Shown: piece after piece, positions 7,154 through 15,729 of the stretch | How positions within the stretch are numbered: the first letter of the stretch is position 1 | Layout: every line of letters starts with the position of its first letter | From: Anaerolineae bacterium | GTDB lineage: Bacteria; Chloroflexota; Anaerolineae; B4-G1; DUEL01 | Direction: 5' to 3' | NCBI GenBank assembly: GCA_025062415.1 | Contig: JANXAH010000035.1 | Coordinates: forward strand, 1 to 41,363 | DNA length: 41,363 nucleotides | The notes under the pieces: generated by a model | Seen by the model: the letters and a program-made list of their open reading frames with translations, nothing else | Databases searched by the model: none | What the model was told of the DNA's origin: nothing | Program-made: the position numbers and the translations under genes

Positions 7154-10100
7154 TTATTCTTCAGGCCAGGCCGCCGGGGGCACTCCCACCTGGGTCCAGT
7201 GGTCGCGGATTTCTGTTGCCCGGCGGGCGATGGTATTCGCGTCGCCCGCAAAGGCTACCTGCACCATCTCCTCCTGGCCGTGGCGGGCAAGGAACCCTCG
7301 CCCTGCTACCATCCGGGTCAGGTCTGAGGCCCGGACGCGAACCCCCAGGGGGTTCTGGTCTCCCGCCTCCAGGGGCCGCAGGACAAACCCCGATCGCCAC
7401 AGCCGCACCTGTCTGGGCAGCGGGTCGCTGTATCCCACTCCCAGGTTGGGCAGCGGGCCCGCAAGAATGATGTGGAAATGGACGTCCCGGCCCCGTCGGG
7501 ACAGCAGGTCCAGCCCCTGCTGGATATCTCTCTCCCCGCTGAGCGCGTTGGAGAAGTCATCGTAGTCGTCCCAAACGGCCACAATGCGGGGCAACTGGTT
7601 TCCAGCAGAGATATCCTCGGCGAAGAGAGCGTCCCGCCGGTGGATCTCCCGGATGATTCGGGCCATCGTTCCCTTTTGCTGGAAATCTCGGTAGGAGCGG
7701 GCGAACTCCAGAATGTGGGGGAGCCCGTCCAGGGGTTGGAGGCTGTTGCGGCGCCCGGAGATCAGGATGAACTGGACCTCCTGAGGCGAGTAGAGCGTCG
7801 CCAGGGCCAGCATCCAGGCCATCAGCAGACTCGTCTTTCCGCTCTGGGGGGTACCGGTGACCACGAAATCGGGGCCGTCCTCCACCAAATCTATCCACGT
7901 GGGGCGCAACCGGATGCTCTCCACACCGATGGGCACAGCCAAAGCCGAACCGGCTGGCCGCCCTCCGGCACGGGCCAGTAGATTGTCCAGGGGGAGCAAT
8001 TCCGGCATCGTCGCCACCGGCTCGGGCAGAGGGCCCTTCCAGGCCCGGCGCATCTCCGTGGCCAGTTGGCGCAGTTCCTTCGCTTGGGCCTCCTCGTCCT
8101 CCTCGTACCCGGGAGAAGCGGTCTGAAACTCCAGCGGGGGACGACCGTACCAGCCCCGGCCCGGGGGCATTGGGTCGTCCTTCCCCATCCGGGGACGCTG
8201 TCCCAGGATCAGGGAATACTCGTCCGGGTCCCCCAGGCGCAAAACCGCCCGACGGGCCACAACGCTGCTGATGGCCGCAGGGATCTCCCCAGGCCGGTCT
8301 CCCACCATCACCACGTGGATGTCGTAGTTTCCCCCCTCCCGCACCAGCCGAAGCAGGGTGCTGTATTCCTCCGGGAACTGCTGACGAAAGTCGCCGAACC
8401 CAGTTACCACCACCACCAGGGCCGGCGGCACATCGCCCGGCCTTTGCTGGCGCAACTGGCTCAGCCGGTCCACGTGAGCCCGATGGCAGAGTTCTATGCG
8501 GGCCTCCAGTTCGTCCTCCAGGCGGACCCAGGCCCGCCGGATCCGCTCCTCGTCCATCGGAGTGAAGACGCCCACCACGTGGGGCAGCGGTTCCAGAACT
8601 CGCAGCGCCTGCCCGCCAAAGTCCACCAGGTAGAAATGGACCTCCTCCGGGGTGTGGGTCCGGGCAAGGCTGACGACCAGAGTGCGCAGCCACATCTCTT
8701 TGCCCGAAGCGGGAGCCCCGATCACCAGCAGGTGTCCGTCCTGGTCTCCCAGGTCCAGCCGCCAGGGCTCCTGTCGCTGATGGGCAGGGTCGTCCAGCAG
8801 GCCCAGGAGGGCCCGTAGCCAGGGGCGGTTGGGGAGGTCGGGGGCGCGCGGGGTGGGGGAGTCCGGCGGGGATAGGCTCTTCCCGCAGGACGCACAGAAG
8901 CGGGCTCCGATCCGAACGGCTCCCTGGCAGTGCGGGCAGCGGAGCGTCACAGGAGCCCCACAGCGGCCGCAGAAGCGGGCCCCTGGTCGGAGTGAGGCCC
9001 CACACTGACCGCAGAAGTGAGGCGGGCGGAGGCGGGGAAAGGGCTCAAACCACCACCCCTCTCCGTCCCATCCAGCCAGCCCCTCCTGTTTCAGTAGCTT
9101 GGGAAGGGGGATATGCGCCGGCAGTGGTTCCGGCCAGGGGCTGGAAAGTTTCTTCAGCCCCATGCGCCTGGCTATGGCGGCCAGGTGCTGGGTCACCACC
9201 TCCAGGTCCGTCCGAGCGGTTCCGGACTTCTGCTGGGGGAGAAACTTGCGGGAATCGTAGAGTTCTCGCCGTTCCCCTGTCGCCGTGACCTCCCGGATCA
9301 CGATGCGCTCGGTCGGCTGGCCGATCAGGGTGTCGGTATCTCCGGCAGCCCGATAGGTGCTGGCCACCCGTGCGACCTGAAAGAGTTCAAAGACCTCGTT
9401 ATCCCCCACCTGCAGGTAACCCCGACCCGGCATCCGGGGAAGGTAGGCGGCATCCGGTCGGCGAAGCATATCCTGGCTTTCCGCCGTATCCTCCACCCGC
9501 AGGCAGATACGAAAGCGGGAGTTGGCCCAGATTTGCTGGCTCACCTTCCCCCGCGGGCTCTGAGTCGCCAGGATCAGGTGGATCCCCAGCGACCGGCCGA
9601 CCCGGGCCACCCGGACCAGGCCGTCCATAAACTCCGGGTAGTCGGTGACCAGTTCCGCAAACTCGTCCACGATGATGACCACTCGGGGAAGGGGCTCCAT
9701 GCCCTGACCCTGTCGCTGCCAGTAAAGTTCCTGATAGCGGGCAATATCGTTGACGTTGAACTGGTTGAACAAATGTTCTCTGCGCTTGATCTCCGCCTCC
9801 AGTGCCACCAGGGCCCGCTCGGCCAGGTTGCCGCTGATATTGGTCACCAGCCCCAGGACGTGGGGAAGAGGGGCCAGAGGAGAAAACGCGCCGCCGCCCT
9901 TGAAGTCCACCAGAATGAAGCCCAGGTCGTGGGGATGGTGGCTCAGGGCCAGGCTGATCACCAAGGTCTGGAGCAGTTCGCTTTTGCCGGAGCCTGTAGT
10001 CCCGGCGATCAGTCCATGGGGGCCGTGACCGGTGTGGCTTAAGTCCAGCACCAGCGGCTGGCCGCCCTTTCGGACCCCCAGCACTGCCTTCAGCAGGCGG

Positions 10101-11461
10101 TCCGGGGCCCGCCGGGTCCACGCAGCCTGTGCATCGTACTGCTGGATATCCCGGATTCCCAGGACCTCCAGCAAGCGGATGCTGGAGGGAAGGGCTACCG
10201 CACTCTCCGGGGAGAAGACTCGCAGAGGCGCCAGAGCTCGGGCCAGACTCTCGCTCCAGAGGGGATCCACCTGATCGGGTGTACCAAAGAGGGGCGGGGC
10301 CGCCACACCCACCATCTGGATCATGACGGAGGCGGAAGACGAGACCTCCGCCACATACGCGCATCCCTGAGGCAGCCGGGACAGGTGGTCGGCCAGAAAA
10401 ATCGCCGTCGCGTTCAAATGTCGCCCTTCTGCCAGGAGCAGGTGGAGCGCCGGGTGATGCAGGTCCAACCGGTCGTCCTCCACCAGAAGGACCAGCCAGG
10501 GCCAGTCCGGCGGAGCACTGTCGGCGCGGCGGGAGGAGAGCCGATTCTTCCGCTCGCTCAGTTCGTCCAGCAGCCGGTGCAGCAGTTCCTGGGCAGAAGC
10601 GGCGTCGCAGGCCAGGTGGGGAAAGCGGACGTTCCCGTCCAGGACGTGGGTGTGAGGAAGCCACTTGAGCCACTCCCATTCTGGAACCCGCTGGGGGGAG
10701 TAGATGGCCAGCAGGTGGGCTTCGTCGGGAACGTGGTGGACGACCAGACTGGCGATAAGGGCCCGGGCCAGGCCATTGCGTAGGGGGAGGCTGCCAGTGA
10801 TCCCCAGCGGTCCGGCCCGCAGGTTCACCGTAAGGGGAACATCGGGCACCTGCTGGTACTCCGATTCCAGGTTCAGCACAGGCTGGTAGCGGGGGTCCGA
10901 GATCTCCGGGCGAGGTGCAGAAACTTTCACCGAAGAGGGAAGAGTGCCCACACCAATGCGAAGGCTCAGGAAATCCTCGTCGGTGGGGCGTCGCTCCCAG
11001 AGGCGGCGGTCCCGGTTCTGAGCCCGGATCAGCAGAATGTGGGGGTCCGGGTCCTTCTCCGTCCGAATGTGCTGTTGCCGGACCCGGAGTTGGTGGAGAT
11101 GCTGGGCGTATTGCTGGAGGGCCTGCTGGTAGGCCTGCTCTTTGGCCTCCTGTTCTCTCCGGTGTTGACGGCGCTGAGATTGAGTCCCCAGGATGCCTCC
11201 CAGGGCCGACATAATGGACATCGCCAGCATCCCCGCCGAGGCAAGATACTGCATCTTTCCCGGGCCATGGTCGCTGGCCAGGCCGCTGGCGAGTAGATAG
11301 ACGCCCACCATCAGCAGTACACCGGCCACCGGCAGGAGGGTGGTGTACCAGCTGAACCAGGGAGGCGGAGTAAGGGACGGAGGAGGTGGGAGTTTGACCT
11401 CTCCTGAGGGCAGCGGCTCCAGAATGCGCGGGGGACGGTTAAAATCTATCGTGGCGCTCAT
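7154..11461 (-). CDS. essC: Type VII secretion FtsK/SpoIIIE ATPase (EssC/EccC) with inserted double zinc ribbon
   Basis: Start placed at ATG 11461 (AAGGAG RBS, MSATIDFNRPPR). Two TM helices, LWERRPTDEDFL DUF region, HGPHGLIAGTTGSGKSE with IVDEFAEL (ATPase 1), GAPASGKE (ATPase 2), GTPQSGKT (ATPase 3). Confidence 0.93.
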   Translation of the reverse strand: MSATIDFNRPPRILEPLPSGEVKLPPPPSLTPPPWFSWYTTLLPVAGVLLMVGVYLLASGLASDHGPGKMQYLASAGMLAMSIMSALGGILGTQSQRRQHRREQEAKEQAYQQALQQYAQHLHQLRVRQQHIRTEKDPDPHILLIRAQNRDRRLWERRPTDEDFLSLRIGVGTLPSSVKVSAPRPEISDPRYQPVLNLESEYQQVPDVPLTVNLRAGPLGITGSLPLRNGLARALIASLVVHHVPDEAHLLAIYSPQRVPEWEWLKWLPHTHVLDGNVRFPHLACDAASAQELLHRLLDELSERKNRLSSRRADSAPPDWPWLVLLVEDDRLDLHHPALHLLLAEGRHLNATAIFLADHLSRLPQGCAYVAEVSSSASVMIQMVGVAAPPLFGTPDQVDPLWSESLARALAPLRVFSPESAVALPSSIRLLEVLGIRDIQQYDAQAAWTRRAPDRLLKAVLGVRKGGQPLVLDLSHTGHGPHGLIAGTTGSGKSELLQTLVISLALSHHPHDLGFILVDFKGGGAFSPLAPLPHVLGLVTNISGNLAERALVALEAEIKRREHLFNQFNVNDIARYQELYWQRQGQGMEPLPRVVIIVDEFAELVTDYPEFMDGLVRVARVGRSLGIHLILATQSPRGKVSQQIWANSRFRICLRVEDTAESQDMLRRPDAAYLPRMPGRGYLQVGDNEVFELFQVARVASTYRAAGDTDTLIGQPTERIVIREVTATGERRELYDSRKFLPQQKSGTARTDLEVVTQHLAAIARRMGLKKLSSPWPEPLPAHIPLPKLLKQEGLAGWDGEGWWFEPFPRLRPPHFCGQCGASLRPGARFCGRCGAPVTLRCPHCQGAVRIGARFCASCGKSLSPPDSPTPRAPDLPNRPWLRALLGLLDDPAHQRQEPWRLDLGDQDGHLLVIGAPASGKEMWLRTLVVSLARTHTPEEVHFYLVDFGGQALRVLEPLPHVVGVFTPMDEERIRRAWVRLEDELEARIELCHRAHVDRLSQLRQQRPGDVPPALVVVVTGFGDFRQQFPEEYSTLLRLVREGGNYDIHVVMVGDRPGEIPAAISSVVARRAVLRLGDPDEYSLILGQRPRMGKDDPMPPGRGWYGRPPLEFQTASPGYEEDEEAQAKELRQLATEMRRAWKGPLPEPVATMPELLPLDNLLARAGGRPAGSALAVPIGVESIRLRPTWIDLVEDGPDFVVTGTPQSGKTSLLMAWMLALATLYSPQEVQFILISGRRNSLQPLDGLPHILEFARSYRDFQQKGTMARIIREIHRRDALFAEDISAGNQLPRIVAVWDDYDDFSNALSGERDIQQGLDLLSRRGRDVHFHIILAGPLPNLGVGYSDPLPRQVRLWRSGFVLRPLEAGDQNPLGVRVRASDLTRMVAGRGFLARHGQEEMVQVAFAGDANTIARRATEIRDHWTQVGVPPAAWPEE

Positions 11462-11496
11462 CCGGACTCCTTGTCCCGTGGCGTCCACCTCATTAG

Positions 11497-11525
11497 AGTA
11501 TACCAGATTTCGGGGGAACGGGCAA
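11497..11525 (-). promoter_or_regulatory. Sigma70-type promoter for essC
   Basis: Minus strand TTGCCC-N17-TATACT with TG extended -10, 35 bp upstream of ATG 11461. Confidence 0.6.
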
Positions 11526-11569
11526 CGGGGGGCTGGCTGATGTTGGGGCCAGGTGGGCGCGCTCATTTT

Positions 11570-11597
11570 GATTCGGATAGTGTATCTTATCCGAATC
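11570..11597. other. dif/lox-like tyrosine recombinase site
   Basis: GATTCGGATAG-TGTATC-TTATCCGAATC: 11-6-11 geometry, arms inverted with one mismatch, 18/28 identical to E. coli dif (GGTGCGCATAA-TGTATA-TTATGTTAAAT); about 160 bp upstream of a Xer-family gene. Confidence 0.7.
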
Positions 11598-11641
11598 ATA
11601 GGCCGGCGCAGGCCCCACACATGCCCCACCCTGCCGGAAGT

Positions 11642-11669
11642 TTGACAGATCGGCCATCTATCTTACAAT
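11642..11669 (+). promoter_or_regulatory. Sigma70-type promoter for the tyrosine recombinase
   Basis: TTGACA-N16-TACAAT. Confidence 0.65.
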
Positions 11670-11756
11670 AGAACGGATGGAGTAAAAACAGGAGATAACT
11701 CTGGCCCAGACACGCCTTTCGTCCAGAGGTCGGGAGAGACGGGAGCGAAAACCCAG

Positions 11757-12740
11757 ATGACCGATGTGACCCTCCGGGATGCCCTACAGAAGTTCCTGGA
11801 CGAGATCGCGGCCAGCCGCAGCCCCAACACCCACAAGGCCTACCGCCAGGCCGCGGCCCGCTTCGCCGAGGTTCTCTCCGCCCATGGCATCTCCCCTGCC
11901 CTGACCCCCGTCTCCGACCTCTCCGTAGAATGGATGGGCTGGTACATCCAGGACCTCCACAACGCCTCCGTCGCCACTGAACAACTGTACATCACCGCCC
12001 TCCGGGCCTTCTACGAGTACGCGGCCGCGCAGGAATGGGCCTCGGTCAACCTGCCCGCCCTGCATCGCCTCTGCCGCCGACGGGCCCGCCGGGAGGCAGC
12101 GCGACTGCCACCGTTTCCTCGCGCTGAAATAGAGAAAATTTTGGAGACCGTCGCCCAGGCCGCCGCTGCCCCACCCCAAGACGAGCGGAAACTCCTGCGA
12201 ATTTTAAGAGACCGTGCTCTACTTTATGTCCTGGCCGACACGGGCCTGCGGGTCTCCGAGGCCTGCTCCCTGACCCGCGGGCATATGGATTGGACGGAAG
12301 CGCGGGCGCGCGTCCTGGGAAAAGGCGGACGGGAGTCCATCGTCCGCTTCTCCGAACGGAGCCTTCGCTACCTGCGGGCCTACCTGGACGCCCGTGCCGA
12401 ACTGGACGGACGCCAGGGCCGTCCCCTGACCAGTTTGCCCCTCTTTGCCCGCCACGACCGGAGGGCCGGGAAACGGGTGCTCCCCCTCTCCGCCCGCTCC
12501 GCCGAGAAGGTCGTTGAGGAATGGGTTGTACGGGCGCTGGGCGAAAGAGCCCGCGGGACCATCACCCCCCACACCTTCCGTCATTATTTTGTGACCGTGG
12601 TCCTGCGGGGCAGCGGCGGCAACGTCCGGCTGGCCCAGGAACTGGCCCGCCACCGCAGCATCACCACCACCCAGCGCTATACCCACTTAAGCGACGACGA
12701 ACTGGACCGGGGATACCACGAGATTTTCAACGAAATGTAG
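11757..12740 (+). CDS. XerC/XerD-family tyrosine recombinase
   Basis: 327 aa; N-terminal SAM-like region (SPNTHKAYR); catalytic motifs DTGLRVSE, GKG, HTFRH, ARH and QRYTH. Confidence 0.93.
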   Translation: MTDVTLRDALQKFLDEIAASRSPNTHKAYRQAAARFAEVLSAHGISPALTPVSDLSVEWMGWYIQDLHNASVATEQLYITALRAFYEYAAAQEWASVNLPALHRLCRRRARREAARLPPFPRAEIEKILETVAQAAAAPPQDERKLLRILRDRALLYVLADTGLRVSEACSLTRGHMDWTEARARVLGKGGRESIVRFSERSLRYLRAYLDARAELDGRQGRPLTSLPLFARHDRRAGKRVLPLSARSAEKVVEEWVVRALGERARGTITPHTFRHYFVTVVLRGSGGNVRLAQELARHRSITTTQRYTHLSDDELDRGYHEIFNEM

Positions 12741-12839
12741 AACAACTGCTTTTGGATATTTTCAAGCCGCCCTCCGCAAAAGGCCAAACTTCAGGGATGG
12801 CAGTGTAGCCGCCGGGGGTGGAGCGAGGCAATGGGTAAA

Positions 12840-12883
12840 TCAAGCCCCACGGGGCTTGACAATTCCCCCGCAGGGAGTATACT
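12840..12883 (+). promoter_or_regulatory. Sigma70-type promoter overlapped by a palindrome
   Basis: TTGACA (12856)-N16-TATACT (12878); perfect 9-bp inverted repeat TCAAGCCCC-AC-GGGGCTTGA (12840-12859) overlaps the -35 box. Confidence 0.6.
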
Positions 12884-12922
12884 TTCGGCGGAAAAACGCC
12901 TGCTGGACCCGAGTCTACCCAT

Positions 12923-13471
12923 ATGGAACAAGAGACCGGACGACGGCTGACCCCTGTCCAGATGACCCTTCTGGGCATCATCCTGCTGACCATCCCCTGC
13001 TACTGCCTGGGGTTTTCCCTGCTCTACCTGTATTCCACACCGGCGCGTCCGACGCCCGTGCCGACCGTTGTGACCGATACGCCCACGGCGACGCGCACTC
13101 CCGCCCTGCCCACGGCGACGCTGGAGCCGACGCCGACCCAGTGGTGGCCCCCCACCAACACGCCGACCGCCACCCCCACGGCGACCCTGACCCCAACCCC
13201 GACACCGACGCCGACGGCCACCGCCACGCCGACCCAGACGCCCACTCCGACGGCGACGCCGACGCTTACGCCGACCTGGACACCTGTTCCGCCGTCCCCC
13301 ACCCCGACGGCCACCCCCACGCCGACCGCGACGCCCCTGCCCCCGTCGCCGACGGAGACCCCAGTTCCACCGACGCCCACTCCGACCCCCTCCGCCCAGG
13401 CGCTGCCGACTGAGACCCCCACGCCGACAGAGGCGCCAGCGGGCACCCCTTCCCCCACCCCATCTGTCTGA
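12923..13471 (+). CDS. Membrane-anchored Thr/Pro-rich low-complexity protein
   Basis: N-terminal TM ([22 protein letters not shown]) followed by about 145 aa of TPT/ATP repeats. Confidence 0.75.
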   Translation: MEQETGRRLTPVQMTLLGIILLTIPCYCLGFSLLYLYSTPARPTPVPTVVTDTPTATRTPALPTATLEPTPTQWWPPTNTPTATPTATLTPTPTPTPTATATPTQTPTPTATPTLTPTWTPVPPSPTPTATPTPTATPLPPSPTETPVPPTPTPTPSAQALPTETPTPTEAPAGTPSPTPSV

Positions 13472-13505
13472 ATTCCGTCCATCTTTCAGGAGAGACTGGA
13501 CCGTT

Positions 13506-14558
13506 ATGGATACTGTTCGCCTGCTGAAACAACTTTCGGAGACTCCAGGGCTCCCTGGGCACGAGGAGCCGGTACGGGCCCTCGTCCGGGAACTGTGGGC
13601 CCCACTGGTAGATGAACTGCAGACCGATGGGCTCGGCAGTCTGATCGGTCGCCGATACGGAAGTGGCCCGGAACCTCGCCCGGCCCTGATGTTTGCCGCC
13701 CATATGGACGAAATTGGCCTGCGGGTGACCGGCATAGAGAAGGGCTTTTTGCGCGTGACCCGCGTGGGTGGGGCCGACCGCCGTATCTTGCCGGGCACAG
13801 AGGTCGTCGTCCACGGCCGGCGCGACCTTCCCGGCGTCGTCGGTATGCCCCCGCCCCACGTGATCCCCCCTGACCAACGGAATAAGACGCTCCCCTGGGA
13901 GGAACTGTTCGTGGACGTGGGACTGCCAGAGGAAGAGGTGAAGGCTCTCGTCCAGGTGGGAGACCCCATCTCCTTTCGGCGGGAGGCCGTGGAACTGAAG
14001 AACGGCCTGTTTTCCGGTAAGGCCCTGGACAATCGGGTCTCTGTGGCGGTGGTAACTCTGGCCCTGGAGCATCTCTTCCGCCTCTCCCATGCCTGGGATA
14101 TTGTCGCCGTAGCGACTGTGCAGGAGGAGGTGGGGCTCTATGGGGCTGCCACCGCGGCCTACGGCGTCGCTCCCGATATGGCTGTCGCCGTGGACGTGAC
14201 CTTTGGACGACAGGCCGGGGTCTCCAACCATCTGACTTTCCCCCTGGGTGAGGGCATCGCCATCGGCGTCGGCCCTAACTTCCACCCGGCGGTCGTGGAG
14301 CGGTTGAAGAAGACCGCCGAGGCTAACGAAATTCCCTACCACATAGACCCCATTCCGGGCCGCAGCGGCACCGACGCCTGGGCCATCCAGGTCAGCCGCG
14401 AGGGGATTCCCACTGGTCTGGTCTCCATCCCGCTCCGCTATATGCACCAGCCGGTGGAGATCGTTTCGGTGAAGGACGTGGACCGGGCCGGGCGACTGCT
14501 CGCTCTCCTCGCCGCCGGACTGGAGCCCGACTTCCGGCCCCGCTGGGAGGACGAGTAA
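13506..14558 (+). CDS. M42 (TET/FrvX) family aminopeptidase 1
   Basis: AAHMDEIG, KALDNR, QEEVG, VDVT, GTDA, YMH motifs. Confidence 0.93.
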   Translation: MDTVRLLKQLSETPGLPGHEEPVRALVRELWAPLVDELQTDGLGSLIGRRYGSGPEPRPALMFAAHMDEIGLRVTGIEKGFLRVTRVGGADRRILPGTEVVVHGRRDLPGVVGMPPPHVIPPDQRNKTLPWEELFVDVGLPEEEVKALVQVGDPISFRREAVELKNGLFSGKALDNRVSVAVVTLALEHLFRLSHAWDIVAVATVQEEVGLYGAATAAYGVAPDMAVAVDVTFGRQAGVSNHLTFPLGEGIAIGVGPNFHPAVVERLKKTAEANEIPYHIDPIPGRSGTDAWAIQVSREGIPTGLVSIPLRYMHQPVEIVSVKDVDRAGRLLALLAAGLEPDFRPRWEDE

Positions 14559-14625
14559 GGGGTAAGCGGCCTCCGTACTACCGCCGACCACTTGATTGAA
14601 CAAAGAAGCCTGAGGTGAGCGAACT

Positions 14626-15660
14626 GTGGAACTCCTGAAGGAACTCTCTGAAGCCTTTGGCCCTTCTGGCTATGAGAAGGAGGTCCGGCAGGTTTTGCGC
14701 CGGACCTTGGAGGGATACGCCGACCGGATGTGGGTGGACGCGCTGGGGAACCTCCACGTCGTCCGGGAGGGGACGGCCCCGGAGCGCCTCCGGGTCTTGC
14801 TGGCGGCCCATATGGACGAGATCGGCCTGATGGTCGTGGGGCACGACGAATCCGGCGGGCTGCGGGTGAAGGCCATCGGCGGGATAGACGACCGGGTCCT
14901 GCCCGGCACCCAGGTCTGGGTGGGGCCCGACCGAATTCCCGGCGTCATCGGCCTCAAGCCCGTTCACCTGCTGGAGGAAGGGGAGGACGAGAGAGTCGTT
15001 AAAATAGAACAATTACTGGTGGACATCGGGGCGAAGGGGAAAGAGGAGGCTCAACGGTTGGCGCCTCTGGGAACCCCGATGGTCTTTGCCACCCGGTTTG
15101 AGTCCCTGGGTACGCTGGTCAAGGGGAAGTCCTTTGACGATCGGGCCGGATGCGCGGTGTTGGCGGAATTGGTGCGCGGCGACCGTCTGCCCCACGACCT
15201 GCACGCCGTCTTCACTGTACAGGAGGAGGTGGGGTTGCGGGGCGCGCGCGTGGCCGCCTACGCGGCCCGGCCCGACTGTGCCTTCGCACTGGAGGGAACC
15301 ATCGCCAACGACCTGCCCAAGAAGAAGGACGTCAGCCCGACTTCCGAACTGGGAAAGGGGCCGGCCATCACGGTGATGGACCGGACCTTCATCGCCCATC
15401 GGGGGCTGGTCCGCCTGCTGATGGAAACGGCGGAGACGCTGAATATCCCCTATCAGGTCAAGCAGCCGGGGATCGGCGGCACCGACTCCGGCGCGATCCA
15501 CCTGGCCCGCGAGGGCATCCCCTGTGGCACTGTTGCCGTCCCCTGCCGCTACATCCACAGTCCCGTCAGCCTGCTCTCCCCGAAGGACCTGGAAAACACG
15601 GTCTGGCTGATGCGGGAGAGCCTGGCCCGGCTGACGCGCAAAACTCTGGAATTCTCCTGA
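14626..15660 (+). CDS. M42 family aminopeptidase 2
   Basis: GTG start; AAHMDEIG, KSFDDR, QEEVG, LEGT, GTDS, YIHSP motifs. Confidence 0.93.
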   Translation: MELLKELSEAFGPSGYEKEVRQVLRRTLEGYADRMWVDALGNLHVVREGTAPERLRVLLAAHMDEIGLMVVGHDESGGLRVKAIGGIDDRVLPGTQVWVGPDRIPGVIGLKPVHLLEEGEDERVVKIEQLLVDIGAKGKEEAQRLAPLGTPMVFATRFESLGTLVKGKSFDDRAGCAVLAELVRGDRLPHDLHAVFTVQEEVGLRGARVAAYAARPDCAFALEGTIANDLPKKKDVSPTSELGKGPAITVMDRTFIAHRGLVRLLMETAETLNIPYQVKQPGIGGTDSGAIHLAREGIPCGTVAVPCRYIHSPVSLLSPKDLENTVWLMRESLARLTRKTLEFS

Positions 15661-15729
15661 TTCCCGTCGGACTAAAGGAGGTTTTAGCACATTATCGCCA
15701 TCCTGGCAATCCTTTCCGGAAGGAGACCT

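Noticed and set aside
11462-11629. 56-aa N-terminal extension of EssC (likewise ORF-track extensions at 5370, 6329, 17768, 21867, 22178, 28158, 31950, 34243, 38174)
   Set aside because: The extensions run through promoters, repeats or neighbouring genes; internal starts have RBSs or ATGA coupling and match family N-termini.
11757-12740. Prophage/ICE integrase or integron integrase
   Set aside because: Xer-like size with no arm-binding extension or IntI insertion evident; no phage, conjugation, tRNA or attC features nearby.
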